DNA from: Streptosporangiaceae bacterium
GTDB taxonomy: Bacteria; Actinomycetota; Actinomycetes; Streptosporangiales; Streptosporangiaceae
Length of the DNA stretch: 49,786 nucleotides
Assembly (NCBI GenBank): GCA_025935815.1
Contig: JAICUO010000001.1
Location: 1 to 49,786, forward strand
Direction: 5' to 3'
Below are positions 1 through 9,490 of this stretch, piece by piece (position 1 is the stretch's first letter; the number at the start of each line of letters is the position of its first letter). The notes under the pieces are model-generated. The model searched no databases. It was not told the DNA's origin and saw only the letters and a list, made by a program, of their open reading frames with translations. The translations under genes were made by a program, and so were the position numbers.

Positions 1-113
1 ATAACTGACGGCACTCGCGGCGGGCCGGGGCTCGGGGGGGCTGCCCGCCCGCGAGTGAATCGGATATTCGGCGCATTTTGCGACGCCGCCATGACCGGGA
101 CGCCGTTGTAGTA

Positions 114-135
114 CTAGCTTAGCTAGCTAAGCTAG
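114..135. repeat. Perfect 22-bp palindrome over the monooxygenase stop codon
   Basis: CTAGCTTAGCTAGCTAAGCTAG equals its own reverse complement. Confidence 0.7.
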
Positions 136-1297
136 CCAGGTCGCGTTCCACGTCGTAGCGCTGAATCCAGGAGGAATCTTCGACCATGGATTGCACCGCG
201 CCGGGCCGGCCAGAATCACCGGATGACATGCGCAGGGAGCCATTGCCGCGGGAGCCCAGCTGAACTCGGGTGGCGTGCGGACGCCGGGTCGCCTCGTACC
301 TGCGCAACGCTGCGCCGACCGTGACCGCCGGGACCTCGGCGAGGCAGACGGCGAGGGCAACGGCGTCCTCGATGGCCTGGTTGGCGCCCTGCCCGTGGTG
401 CGGCAGCATCGGATGGGCGGCGTCGCCGAGCAGCGTGACCCTCCGGGTGCTCCAGCGTTTCAGCGGCTCCCGGTCGTAGAGCGCCCACCGTCCGGCCTGG
501 GTCACCGCGGAGACGATGTGCTGCACGGCGGGCTCCCAGCCAGTGAACACCGTGGCGAGGTCGGCCACGTCAGCGTGCGTGCTCCAGGACTCGATCGTCC
601 AGTTCGGATCGGTGATCACGGCGACGAACGTGACCATCTGCCCAGCCCGCACCGGGTAGCACAGCAGGCGGGCGTCGGGGCCGGCCCACAACAGGATGGT
701 GTTCGCAGCCGATTCGGGCAGCAGGCGGGCCGGGACCAGCGCCCGGAATGCGCTGTTGCCGGAAAAGACGGGATCGCCGCCCGGCGCGACGGTCGCCCGG
801 ACGACCGAGTGGATGCCGTCCGCGCCCACCAGCACGTCGGCATCACAGGTCGGGCGGTCGGCAAACTGCAGGCGGACCGCTTCACCGTATTCCGTGAAGC
901 CGGCTAGCTTCCAGCCCAGGTGCAAGCGCTCGGGCGGCACCTGGCTGGCCAGCATCTCATGCAGGTCGGCCCGGTGTACGGTGTAATAGGGCGCGCCGAA
1001 CTCGGCCGCCCAGGACGCGCCCATCGGCTGCCGGGCCAGGACGCGGCCGTCCTTCCAGTTCCTGACTTCCATCGCGGCCGGCTGCGCGGCCATCTCTCGC
1101 AGCTGCGCGGCCAGGCCCAGCCGCTGCAGGAGCCGGGTCCCGTTCGAGCCCAGGTGCAGGCCCGCGCCTACCTCCCGCAGGGCGGGCGCCTGCTCGTACA
1201 CCTCGACCTCGATACCGCGGCCGGACAATGCCGCCGCCGCGGCCAGCCCGCCGATTCCCGCCCCCGTCACCGCTACCCGCAACGGCCCCATGCTCAC
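119..1297 (-). CDS. FAD-dependent monooxygenase (salicylate hydroxylase-like, group A flavoprotein)
   Basis: N-terminal GAGIGG Rossmann motif, DVLVGADGIHS (DG motif), TLLGDAAHPMLPHHGQGANQAIED (GD motif); start GTG 1297 or ATG 1291. Confidence 0.9.
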   Translation of the reverse strand: MSMGPLRVAVTGAGIGGLAAAAALSGRGIEVEVYEQAPALREVGAGLHLGSNGTRLLQRLGLAAQLREMAAQPAAMEVRNWKDGRVLARQPMGASWAAEFGAPYYTVHRADLHEMLASQVPPERLHLGWKLAGFTEYGEAVRLQFADRPTCDADVLVGADGIHSVVRATVAPGGDPVFSGNSAFRALVPARLLPESAANTILLWAGPDARLLCYPVRAGQMVTFVAVITDPNWTIESWSTHADVADLATVFTGWEPAVQHIVSAVTQAGRWALYDREPLKRWSTRRVTLLGDAAHPMLPHHGQGANQAIEDAVALAVCLAEVPAVTVGAALRRYEATRRPHATRVQLGSRGNGSLRMSSGDSGRPGAVQSMVEDSSWIQRYDVERDLASLAS

Positions 1298-1377
1298 GAC
1301 GACCGCCCCTTTCGGCTGACTGTGCGAGGCACCCGGATCTGGCCACGGCCGGGGATCCTCGCTCCGGTCACCTGCAC

Positions 1378-1410
1378 AGGCTGCCGGCCGGCGCTATGCG
1401 GGTGCTATAT
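1378..1410 (-). promoter_or_regulatory. Putative SARP-dependent promoter of the monooxygenase
   Basis: Minus strand reads ATATAGC-accc-GCATAGC-9 nt-CAGCCT; the same geometry occurs at three other promoters in the cluster. Confidence 0.6.
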
Positions 1411-1428
1411 GGTCACCGCGCGCGTGAC

Positions 1429-1462
1429 GGCGGGGGCACCCGTGACGCCGGGTGCCCCCGCC
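1429..1462 (-). terminator. GC-rich hairpin downstream of the MMPL gene
   Basis: GGCGGGGGCACCCG-tgacgc-CGGGTGCCCCCGCC, perfect 14-bp stem about 10 nt after the MMPL stop. Confidence 0.65.
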
Positions 1463-1471
1463 ACCGCACGG

Positions 1472-3595
1472 TTATCCGTGCGAGACTCGCTCCGTGGGGC
1501 TGCTGATTCCTCCGGCGGTGGCATTGCGCGCCAGCCGGCCAGGCCACCAGAATGCGCGGCCCACGTCCAGCGCCAAGGCGGGCACGAGAACCGACCTGAC
1601 CAGGAAGGTGTCGATCAAGACACCCACGGCCACCAGCGTCCCGATCTCGACGAAGGCGACCTGCGGCGCCGTGCCCAGCGCGGCGAAGGTTGCCGCGAGC
1701 ACCGCGCCCGCGCTGGTGATGACGCCCCCGGTGGCGGCCAGGCCGCCCAGGACGCCGCTGCGATGCCCGAATCGCGCGACCTCCTGGCGGATCCTGGAGA
1801 CCAGGAAGATGTTGTAGTCGACGCCGAGTGCCACCAGGAATATGAGCCCGGTGAGCATGAGCTGGACGTCGACCGCGCCGTAGTGGAAGACGTGCGCGAA
1901 GAGCAGCCAGCTGATGCCGAGGGCGGCGAAGTACGACAGCAGCACGGTGAGGATCAACAGCAGCGGGCCAACCAGTGCCCCGAGCAGCACGATCAGCACC
2001 GCGAGGACCACGACCACGACGAGCGGGATGACCGTCCGCCGGTCGTGCGCCTGCGCTAGCGCCTTGTCAATGTTCTTCGCCGTGGTGCCGCCGACCTGGG
2101 CGCCCGCGCCGGGGATGGCGCCTACGGCCGTCCGGGCCTGGTTCACGGCAGCGGTAGCCGCCTGACTGTCGGTCGGGACGCCCAGCACGGCGTCCACCCT
2201 GATCAGCTGGCCGTCGGTGGAATGCTCCACCGGGAGCACCTGGGCCACGCCCGGCACGCCGCGGACTGCGCTGACCACCTGGCCGGCGGCCGCCGGGGCG
2301 GCGACAACCCGGATGGGATCGCTCTGGCCGGCGTGATAGTGGTCAGCCAGCATCTGCTCGCCGACGATGGAACCGGGGTGGCCGACGAAGCTGTGCGCGT
2401 TGTCCAGCCCGGTCTTGAGGCCGAGCGCGCCGAACGCGAGTGCGCCCAGCACCACGGCGGAGGTGACCCAGATCGTCCGCGGCCGACGGACGATCTGGGA
2501 GCCTATGCGAGCCCACCGCGACTGGGCCATGGGGTCCGGGTCTCCGGCACGGGGGATCCTCGGCCAGAACACCCAGCGGCCGAGGATGACCAGCAGGGCC
2601 GGCAACAGCGTGATCATGGCGGCCAGGCCGCACAGGACGCCGATTGCCCCCGCGGGGCCGAGAACGTAGTTGAATCCCATGCTGGCCGTGAGCAGGCACA
2701 GGAGGCTGACGCTCACGGTCACTGAGGACGCGATAATCGCCGGCGCGGCCCGGCCGAGCGCCATCGCCATGGCAGCGTGCCGATCCTGGCACCGGCGTAG
2801 TTCCTCCCGGTAACGGGCCAGCAGCAACAACGCGTAGTCGGTGCTGACGCCGAACACGAGCACCGTCACCACGACGGCGGTGCCGGAATCGACCGGCATG
2901 CCGAAGAACCTGGCCAGCAGGTAGCTCACTGCCTCGGAGACCGCGAGGGCGGCTCCGGCATTCAGCAGCGGCAGCAACCACAGCACCGGGCTGCGGTAGG
3001 TAAAGAACAAGATCACGGCGATTACCAGGATCGTGACCAGCAGCACGGCCTTCGTGCTCTGCTGCTGGGCATCGTAGGCATCGAGGGCGTTGCCGGCCGG
3101 ACCGGTCAACTGGGCGGCGACCCCCGCGGGCAGGGCCTGCTGTGCCTGGGCGCGAACCTGGCGGGCGTCGGTGGTCAGGGTCTTGGTGTTGGTGCTGAGC
3201 GCGACGATCACCTGCAGTGCCTTGCCGTCCGCCGATGAGAGGATCGGTCCGACCGGCTTCACCGCGTACTTAGCGAAGGCACTCCGGTCAGCCTGGGCCT
3301 TCGCCCGGTCAGCGCCGGTGATGCCACTGGAGTTCACGTAGACGACGATGCCTGGTGAGATGTTCCCGTCCGGGAAACGGTCGGCGACCCCCGCGACATC
3401 GGTGGACTGGGCGCCGCGGGGCAGCTCCACCGTGACGGGGTTCTTCTCCTGACCGGACAGCTTCCCGGCCAGCGGAATGGCCGCCGCGATAAGCAGTATC
3501 CAGATCCCCAGGAAGAGCCATTTGGCAATCTTGCCCGCTGGGAGCCTGGCGAGCCCTGTGGGGGACTCAGTGGAGGACTCATTTGAGAAGAACAT
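1472..3595 (-). CDS. MMPL/RND-family transporter
   Basis: 707 aa with two repeats of TM bundle plus loop; GVSTDYALLLLARYREE and ALGVDYNIFLVSRIRQE motifs; GAGGAG RBS before ATG 3595. Confidence 0.92.
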   Translation of the reverse strand: MFFSNESSTESPTGLARLPAGKIAKWLFLGIWILLIAAAIPLAGKLSGQEKNPVTVELPRGAQSTDVAGVADRFPDGNISPGIVVYVNSSGITGADRAKAQADRSAFAKYAVKPVGPILSSADGKALQVIVALSTNTKTLTTDARQVRAQAQQALPAGVAAQLTGPAGNALDAYDAQQQSTKAVLLVTILVIAVILFFTYRSPVLWLLPLLNAGAALAVSEAVSYLLARFFGMPVDSGTAVVVTVLVFGVSTDYALLLLARYREELRRCQDRHAAMAMALGRAAPAIIASSVTVSVSLLCLLTASMGFNYVLGPAGAIGVLCGLAAMITLLPALLVILGRWVFWPRIPRAGDPDPMAQSRWARIGSQIVRRPRTIWVTSAVVLGALAFGALGLKTGLDNAHSFVGHPGSIVGEQMLADHYHAGQSDPIRVVAAPAAAGQVVSAVRGVPGVAQVLPVEHSTDGQLIRVDAVLGVPTDSQAATAAVNQARTAVGAIPGAGAQVGGTTAKNIDKALAQAHDRRTVIPLVVVVVLAVLIVLLGALVGPLLLILTVLLSYFAALGISWLLFAHVFHYGAVDVQLMLTGLIFLVALGVDYNIFLVSRIRQEVARFGHRSGVLGGLAATGGVITSAGAVLAATFAALGTAPQVAFVEIGTLVAVGVLIDTFLVRSVLVPALALDVGRAFWWPGRLARNATAGGISSPTERVSHG

Positions 3596-4188
3596 AACAC
3601 GCGCTCCTCGTCGATGGGTGGATGAGGAGCAGGGAAGGTCATGTGCCTCGTCAAGATGGCGCGAGCATCCGGCCGGGCATCCCCTTCCGGCCGCTCGTAG
3701 CGTGCCAGCAGCTTGTTAAACTCCTCGAGAAATTCTTCGAACTCGCGAGGCGTGACATGGATAACGCCACGAGAATAATGGACCTGGCTTTCCCATTCCC
3801 CTCCCCTGTCCTGCTCGAGTTGGGAACGCATCAGATCATCCAGGTCAGCAGCAAAATTGATCCTGTTAATCTCGTCGATCAATGCGTGCATCTCTGCCGT
3901 CTGCTCCTTTCGTGGGAGAAGTCGAAGCTCTACACGCGCCGAGCGCCACCAGCGGTCCCGGCCGCTTGACCGTTCAAGCATTTCTTCGATGTAGCCGTGC
4001 TTCGCCATCTGTTCCAGGTGGAGATTGGTCAGCTCGATGGTCTCGCCGAGCACGCGGGCGAGCGTGTTGGATGATGCCGGGCCGTGCTGGAGTTGTGCGT
4101 CTATCCGGAGGCGCTTCGGCTGCGCCTGCACTGCCAGCGAGGCCAGGTCGGTTGTCGTCACGCCCTTGCCGGCGGCCGCGCTCGCCAT
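3334..4188 (-). CDS. ArsR-like winged-helix transcriptional regulator (C-terminus reads into the MMPL gene)
   Basis: QPKRLRIDAQLQHGPASSNTLARVLGE...HLEQMAKHGYIEE...GRDRWWRS resembles actinobacterial ArsR/HTH_20 proteins; start uncertain (ATG 4188 or GTG 4161). Confidence 0.7.
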   Translation of the reverse strand: MASAAAGKGVTTTDLASLAVQAQPKRLRIDAQLQHGPASSNTLARVLGETIELTNLHLEQMAKHGYIEEMLERSSGRDRWWRSARVELRLLPRKEQTAEMHALIDEINRINFAADLDDLMRSQLEQDRGGEWESQVHYSRGVIHVTPREFEEFLEEFNKLLARYERPEGDARPDARAILTRHMTFPAPHPPIDEERVLCSSQMSPPLSPPQGSPGSQRARLPNGSSWGSGYCLSRRPFRWPGSCPVRRRTPSRWSCPAAPSPPMSRGSPTVSRTGTSHQASSST

Positions 4189-4260
4189 GGCCGCCGGATA
4201 ACACACCCGCGAGGCGGAAGCATCCATGGCTTGATCATCATGGCCACGAGACAGCCGAAT

Positions 4261-4303
4261 CCAGGGGGGCACCTCCCGACTATGCGGTTCGGTTACCTAC
4301 ACT
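4261..4303 (-). promoter_or_regulatory. Paired imperfect palindromes, putative response-regulator site upstream of the ArsR-MMPL operon
   Basis: AGTGTAGGTAACCGAACC (minus, 4303-4286) resembles 7291-7308 and 7227-7244; second GGGGGGC/ACCTCCC element centred 24 bp away. Confidence 0.45.
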
Positions 4304-4673
4304 GCGCGCACCCGAACCTCGGGGGACAGGCTGCGATCTCGGGCCGCTGACCAGTGATTCCTTACGAGAGGCGCTGAAATTGGCACCAGGGTCGCAACCG
4401 ATTGCAGCGCGGATTGCGGGCTGCGCCGAAGCTCCTGATTTGCCGGTGATCAGGAAAACCTGGCCAGTAATCGGCTGATGCCGGGGCGTCAGCCATGACG
4501 TCACGCCCCGCAGCGCCAGCCCGGACAGCCCCTGGTCAGCCCAAGCCGCCCCGAGCGGGACGCCAAGTCGCACAGAATTACTCACTTGTAACCGGGTGGA
4601 AACGGTGTTAAACTTGCGCCGGTACGTGCTGGAAACGGGTGGCGCGTCATAAAGGTCCGGCATGGATGGAATC

Positions 4674-4707
4674 GCAGAAGAGATCCATATATAGCAGAAG
4701 AGATCCA
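4674..4707 (+). repeat. 14-bp direct repeat upstream of the SARP gene
   Basis: GCAGAAGAGATCCA-TATATA-GCAGAAGAGATCCA. Confidence 0.7.
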
Positions 4708-4763
4708 CGTAAGCGATTCTCTAACACTGCTTGTCTTCAGGGCCGCACCTTTGAGGGAGGTCC

Positions 4764-6692
4764 GTGGTGCGGTATCGGGTTCTCGGCCGTCTTGAAGTGC
4801 AGGTTGCTGATCGTTGGGTATCGCTGCATCCGACAAAATGGCGGCTGCTGCTGTCGGTGCTCTTGTGCGCGGCGAATCAGGTTGTGCCTTCAGAGCGGTT
4901 GATCGCGGAGCTTTGGGATGAAGAGCTGCCGCAGAGCGCACGCAAGCTACTGCAAGGATATGTCTCCCACCTCCGCCGCGCACTGGACGACGGAACGGCC
5001 CCCCCGCTCACGACCCATAAATGGGGATACCAGGTCTACGGCTATCAGTTGCATGTAGAGAGCGGGCAGACAGATGCCCAGCGATTTGAAAAGCTATTCG
5101 TTCAAGGACGTGCAGCCCTGGCCGACGGGGCTTTGCCGACCGCGCTCGCCCGCTTGGATGAGGCACTGCGACTGTGGCGGGGCAAGCCATTCATGGACGT
5201 CCCGCCCACGCCGACCGTGGCGGTGGAGACCGTCCGGCTCGAGGAGCTCCGACTCCTGGCAATCGAATCTCGCATCGATACATACATGCGCTGCCATGAG
5301 GACTACACGGCGCTGGCGGAGCTGGAAGCCCTCGTGGTGGAGTATCCGCTTCAGGAGCGGCTGAATGGCCAGCTGATGCGCGCGCTGTACCGGGCCGGCC
5401 GGCAGGCCGATGCGCTGATGGTCTACCGGAGGCTGCGCAAGCTGCTAGTCGATGAGCTTGGCGTAGAGCCAAGCAGCCCGGTACAGCAGCTTCACCAGCA
5501 GATCCTTAGCGCCGATACGGCGCTGCTCACTGACGCCTCCACCAGTGACAGACCGGTCACCATCGCGTCGGCACGCGTGGCGCCGTTGCGGGTTCCTAAG
5601 GCCAGCGGAGTGCTGACCGGACGCGAATGGGAACTGTCGAGGCTCGCCGAGATGCTCGATCCGGACGACCGCACGTCGGCCAAGGTCGTGGTCGTTGATG
5701 GCCCGCCCGGGGTCGGCAAATCGGCACTCGCGATCGAGGCCGCGCACCGGCTTGCGCCGCAGTTCCCGGATGGCCAGCTCTACCTCGACCTGCAAGGATC
5801 CACCCTGGGAGCGCAGCCACTGACGGCCTCGGCCGCCTTGCACCGGCTTCTCCGCCTGCTAGACCAGGCGGAGACGACCCCCGCCGACCCCGACGAGTCA
5901 TCGGCGCTGCTCCGCTCGCGACTCGCCCACCATCGCATGATCTTGGTCCTCGACAACGTGGACGACGCTGATCAGGTGTCTGCGATCTTGTCAGCCCGCG
6001 GCGGCTGCGCGATCCTTGTCACGAGCCGCGGGATCCTGGCCACCTTGGACGGCGCCGCCCACATGCACCTGGACATCCTGTCGGAGGACCAGGCCGTGGC
6101 GTTCCTCGGGGAACTCGCCGGACCTGCCCGGGTCGCGGCTGAGCCAGACGCCTCCTTGATGATCGCGCGGTTGTGCGCCGGGCTGCCCCTCGCCCTGCGG
6201 ATCGCGGGAGCACGGCTGGTCGCGCGTCCCGGATGGTCCCTGCGCGTCTTCGCCGAGCGGCTGGCGGATTCGCGGACCCGGCTCGATCAGCTTCAGGTGG
6301 GCAACCTGGGCGTGCGGGCAGCCTTCGAGGTGAGCTACCGGGCGCTTGACAGCAGCGAGGATCCGATTGATCAGCTGGCGACGAGCGCGTTCCGGGCAAT
6401 GGGCCTGCTGGATGAGCCCAGCCTCGGTGTCCCGGTCGTCGCGACACTCCTCGCCGAGCGGCCCGAGGCGGTGGAAGCTTCGCTGGAACGCCTGGTGGAC
6501 GTGCGCCTTGCCGAGGAGACCGGGCCCGGACGCTACCGGCTACGCGACCTGTCGCGGTTGTTCGCCTGGGAGAAGACAGGAAGCCAGCGCCCGCTGAAGC
6601 TCAGTGAGCTTGCCGATGGCAGGGCCGTCCTCGATCTCATCCGGGCCGCGCGGGCCTCTCGCGGTAACCGACCGTGCTCGTCAGGTGATTGA
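4764..6692 (+). CDS. SARP/AfsR-family regulator (OmpR-type wHTH + BTAD + NB-ARC, no TPR tail)
   Basis: YRVLGRLEV start, LIAELW, ALRLWRGKPF, PLQERLNGQLMRALYRAGRQADAL...LVDELGVEPS (BTAD), Walker A GPPGVGKS, LVLDNV, GLPLAL; GAGGGAG RBS. Confidence 0.93.
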   Translation: MVRYRVLGRLEVQVADRWVSLHPTKWRLLLSVLLCAANQVVPSERLIAELWDEELPQSARKLLQGYVSHLRRALDDGTAPPLTTHKWGYQVYGYQLHVESGQTDAQRFEKLFVQGRAALADGALPTALARLDEALRLWRGKPFMDVPPTPTVAVETVRLEELRLLAIESRIDTYMRCHEDYTALAELEALVVEYPLQERLNGQLMRALYRAGRQADALMVYRRLRKLLVDELGVEPSSPVQQLHQQILSADTALLTDASTSDRPVTIASARVAPLRVPKASGVLTGREWELSRLAEMLDPDDRTSAKVVVVDGPPGVGKSALAIEAAHRLAPQFPDGQLYLDLQGSTLGAQPLTASAALHRLLRLLDQAETTPADPDESSALLRSRLAHHRMILVLDNVDDADQVSAILSARGGCAILVTSRGILATLDGAAHMHLDILSEDQAVAFLGELAGPARVAAEPDASLMIARLCAGLPLALRIAGARLVARPGWSLRVFAERLADSRTRLDQLQVGNLGVRAAFEVSYRALDSSEDPIDQLATSAFRAMGLLDEPSLGVPVVATLLAERPEAVEASLERLVDVRLAEETGPGRYRLRDLSRLFAWEKTGSQRPLKLSELADGRAVLDLIRAARASRGNRPCSSGD

Positions 6693-7169
6693 CCTGCCAT
6701 AACGGTCGATGACGAAGGTATTCCGCACTCCTCTAGATAGCAGGAAGTAGGCTGCGATAAGCAGGTTCGGCACCGAGTCGACGATCGTGCCCGTATTCGA
6801 TTTCTCCCCGATTGCATGCCAGGAAACGAGAAATACTACCGAGAGGATGTTGAAGACTACATTATTTATGATAGCTGACTTGCGCCGCCGCGACATCAGG
6901 AAGAACAGATAGATCACGTAAAGGACTAGCGCTACGTTGCTTGCGATGTAGAACACCAGGGAGCCAAACGGGACATGCGAATGCGATCCGGTGGCACGAG
7001 CGTGGGCATAGACTATTATCGAGCCGACCGTAAGCACCGAGTTGTGCACGGCGAAGATGGCGAGGAGGACGAAGTAGACTCGCAGCAAGCCGCCCAAGCG
7101 CGGCAGGTTCCCGCCGCGACTGGCCGCCTTCTGTGGCCTGCCTGCATGGCGTGATTCGTGTAGTCGCAT
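6681..7169 (-). CDS. Small membrane protein (about 4 TM helices, DUF2569-like)
   Basis: Hydrophobic segments, LGGLL near the N-terminus, YFLLSRGVRNTF at the C-terminus; visibly lower GC. Confidence 0.6.
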   Translation of the reverse strand: MRLHESRHAGRPQKAASRGGNLPRLGGLLRVYFVLLAIFAVHNSVLTVGSIIVYAHARATGSHSHVPFGSLVFYIASNVALVLYVIYLFFLMSRRRKSAIINNVVFNILSVVFLVSWHAIGEKSNTGTIVDSVPNLLIAAYFLLSRGVRNTFVIDRYGRSIT

Positions 7170-7226
7170 AACTAAACCGTAGGGTGCGGCGGCCCGGATA
7201 TCGATGGTACTCTCCCCCGGGTTTAA

Positions 7227-7244
7227 GGTTCGGGTACCCGAACC
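7227..7244. promoter_or_regulatory. Perfect 18-bp palindrome in the divergent promoter region
   Basis: GGTTCGGGTACCCGAACC; related copy GGTGTGGCTAGCCGAACT at 7291-7308. Confidence 0.55.
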
Positions 7245-7366
7245 CGCAGGCCAGCCGACGCGGCGGCACCGTGACTCAGCGGCACCGTGCGGTGTGGCTA
7301 GCCGAACTCGGACCCAGGGGGGTACCCCTATAGTGTCTGGCTGCTGCCGCCCGCGAGGATAAATCT

Positions 7367-8686
7367 ATGAAGATCTGCGCTCGATTGCTCACCGGGCCAT
7401 TGACCCGGCGCGGCCGGGCCGCGTCTAGGTACGCGCTGCTCGGCTGGCCACTGGCCTTGGCGGGCTTCGCATTCACGGCAGCGTCGCTGGGTGTCGGCAT
7501 ATATGCGTCTTTTACGCTCATTGGGCTGCCGCTTCTGGCCGCGCCAACGCCGTATGTGCGCCGCCTCGGGACGGTCCACCGGAGCCGGGCGCTCCGCCTG
7601 CTGGCGGCCCGGGTCCCAGCGCCGCCACCGCCCTTCCGGCCGGGGCGGGGAATCGTCGGCTGGACTAAATCCGCACTCACCGACGCTGTCGGCTGGCGGA
7701 CGCGCGCCTACCTGCTGCTGAAGTTCCCGGTTGCCACGGTCGGGTTCCTGGCGGCGGGCTGCTACTGGGTTGCCGGCCCCTACTACCTGACCTATCCGAT
7801 TTGGTGGGAAATCTTCCATGGATTCACCTACCAACCGCATCCGGGTGTCTCTCCTGTCCCGGTCCTCGCCTCCCCCGTGCCGTTTACCAGCCTCCAGATT
7901 CTCTCCCTGCCCGCCACCTTGCCCGTGGTTGCCGCGGGCGCGGCTGTCATGCTCGCGGCGCCGTGGTGCCTGCGGATGGCGAATGCGCTGGATGTTTCGC
8001 TGATCAGCCGACTGCTCGGCGAGACCTCCGCGGAGCGGGTGCGAGGACTGGAGCGCAGCCGCGCGAGCGCGGTCGAGGACTCGACCGCCCGCCTGCGCAG
8101 CATCGAGCGTGACCTGCATGACGGCACCCAGGCCCGCCTCATCGCCGTCACCATGCGGCTGGGCATGGCCAAGGACAAGCTCCGCGTGCGGGACGAGCCT
8201 GGCGGCGGGCCTGACGTCGGCCGCGCCTTCGAGCTTGTCGACGTTGCCCAGAAAACCCTCAACGAGGCGATGGACGAACTGCGGGGACTGGTCCGCGGGA
8301 TCCATCCGCCAGCGCTCGACGCCGGCTTGGACGTTGCCCTGACCACCCTCGCGGCGCACAGCGTCGTTCCGGTGGACATGGTCATCGACATGCCCCGTCG
8401 GGCCTCACCCGCGGTCGAGGCCATCGCGTACTTCTGCGCCGCCGAGCTGCTGGCCAACGTCGGCAAGCACAGCAAGGCGCGGCGTGCCGTCATGGAAGTG
8501 GTGCACATACCCGGCCTGCTGCGGGTCCGGATCACCGATGACGGCGTGGGCGGCGCCCGGCTCGAGGCCGGCGGGGGCCTGCACGGGCTACGCCACAGGA
8601 TAGGAACGGTGGACGGCACCCTCGACGTCAGCAGCCCTCGCGGCGGTCCGACGGTGGTGACGGTTGAGTTGCCGACTGACGCGTGA
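7367..8686 (+). CDS. Sensor histidine kinase (membrane sensor + HisKA_3 + HATPase_c)
   Basis: IERDLHDGTQARL H-box, ELLANVGKHS N-box, DDGVGGA G1, GGGLHGL G2; TM-rich N-terminus; start uncertain. Confidence 0.92.
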   Translation: MKICARLLTGPLTRRGRAASRYALLGWPLALAGFAFTAASLGVGIYASFTLIGLPLLAAPTPYVRRLGTVHRSRALRLLAARVPAPPPPFRPGRGIVGWTKSALTDAVGWRTRAYLLLKFPVATVGFLAAGCYWVAGPYYLTYPIWWEIFHGFTYQPHPGVSPVPVLASPVPFTSLQILSLPATLPVVAAGAAVMLAAPWCLRMANALDVSLISRLLGETSAERVRGLERSRASAVEDSTARLRSIERDLHDGTQARLIAVTMRLGMAKDKLRVRDEPGGGPDVGRAFELVDVAQKTLNEAMDELRGLVRGIHPPALDAGLDVALTTLAAHSVVPVDMVIDMPRRASPAVEAIAYFCAAELLANVGKHSKARRAVMEVVHIPGLLRVRITDDGVGGARLEAGGGLHGLRHRIGTVDGTLDVSSPRGGPTVVTVELPTDA

Positions 8687-8704
8687 GGAGGCTGAGAAAC
8701 ACCG

Positions 8705-9406
8705 GTGCGTATCGTGATCGCAGAGGATTCAGGCGTGATCAGGGCTGGCCTCGCCGACCTGCTGACCGATCGCGGGTATGAGGTGCCCGCTGCGGTTGCC
8801 GACGCCGACGCTTTGCGCGCGGCGGTGGCGGCCCATCATCCCGATGTCGCCGTGGTGGATGTCCGGCTGCCGCCCACATTCACCGACGAGGGGATCCGCG
8901 CCGCGGTCGAGCTCCGGCGGGAGCACCCGGGCCTCGGCGTCTTGGTGTTCTCCCAGTACATCGAGACGTGGTACGCCACCCAGCTTCTCGGTGATTCCTC
9001 CCGGGCAGGCGCGGCCGGCGTCGGCTACCTGCTCAAGGACCGCGTGGGCGACGTGGATGAGTTCGTCGAAGCGCTCGCCAGGGTCGCCGCCGGCGGGACC
9101 GCGCTCGACGCGGAAGTGGTGACTCAACTGCTCGACCGGCGTTCGGTCGGGCTGACCGAACTGACGACCCGCGAGCGCGACGTGCTCGCGCTGATGGCAG
9201 AGGGCCGCTCCAACAGCGCCATCGCCGAGCTTCTCGTAGTCACGGAAAGGTCTGTCGAAAAGCACGTTGGCAACATCTTCACCAAGCTTGGCTTGCCCCC
9301 GTCCCAGGACGACAACCGCAGGGTGCTTGCGGTATTGCGCTACCTGGAGCCAGATCGCGGGGGTGGGAAATCGCCCGGGGCGCCCGCTGACCGCCGTTCG
9401 CGATAA
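8705..9406 (+). CDS. NarL/LuxR-family response regulator
   Basis: IVIAEDS, VVDVRLPP (phospho-Asp), GYLLKD, LTTRERDVLALMAEGRSNSAIA HTH; GAGGAGG RBS. Confidence 0.95.
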   Translation: MRIVIAEDSGVIRAGLADLLTDRGYEVPAAVADADALRAAVAAHHPDVAVVDVRLPPTFTDEGIRAAVELRREHPGLGVLVFSQYIETWYATQLLGDSSRAGAAGVGYLLKDRVGDVDEFVEALARVAAGGTALDAEVVTQLLDRRSVGLTELTTRERDVLALMAEGRSNSAIAELLVVTERSVEKHVGNIFTKLGLPPSQDDNRRVLAVLRYLEPDRGGGKSPGAPADRRSR

Positions 9407-9420
9407 CCCTCCTCTTCGGC

Positions 9421-9453
9421 ATATATCGCCGATATAGCCGGCCCTCCTAGGGT
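9421..9453 (+). promoter_or_regulatory. Putative SARP-dependent promoter of the ebo-like cassette
   Basis: ATATATC-gccg-ATATAGC-9 nt-TAGGGT. Confidence 0.65.
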
Positions 9454-9490
9454 GCGGGCTATAGGCGCACGCGCGCCACAGGGAGGGATA

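Noticed and set aside
7263-7289. GCGGCACCGTG direct repeat
   Set aside because: Short and GC-rich; could arise by chance and has no independent support
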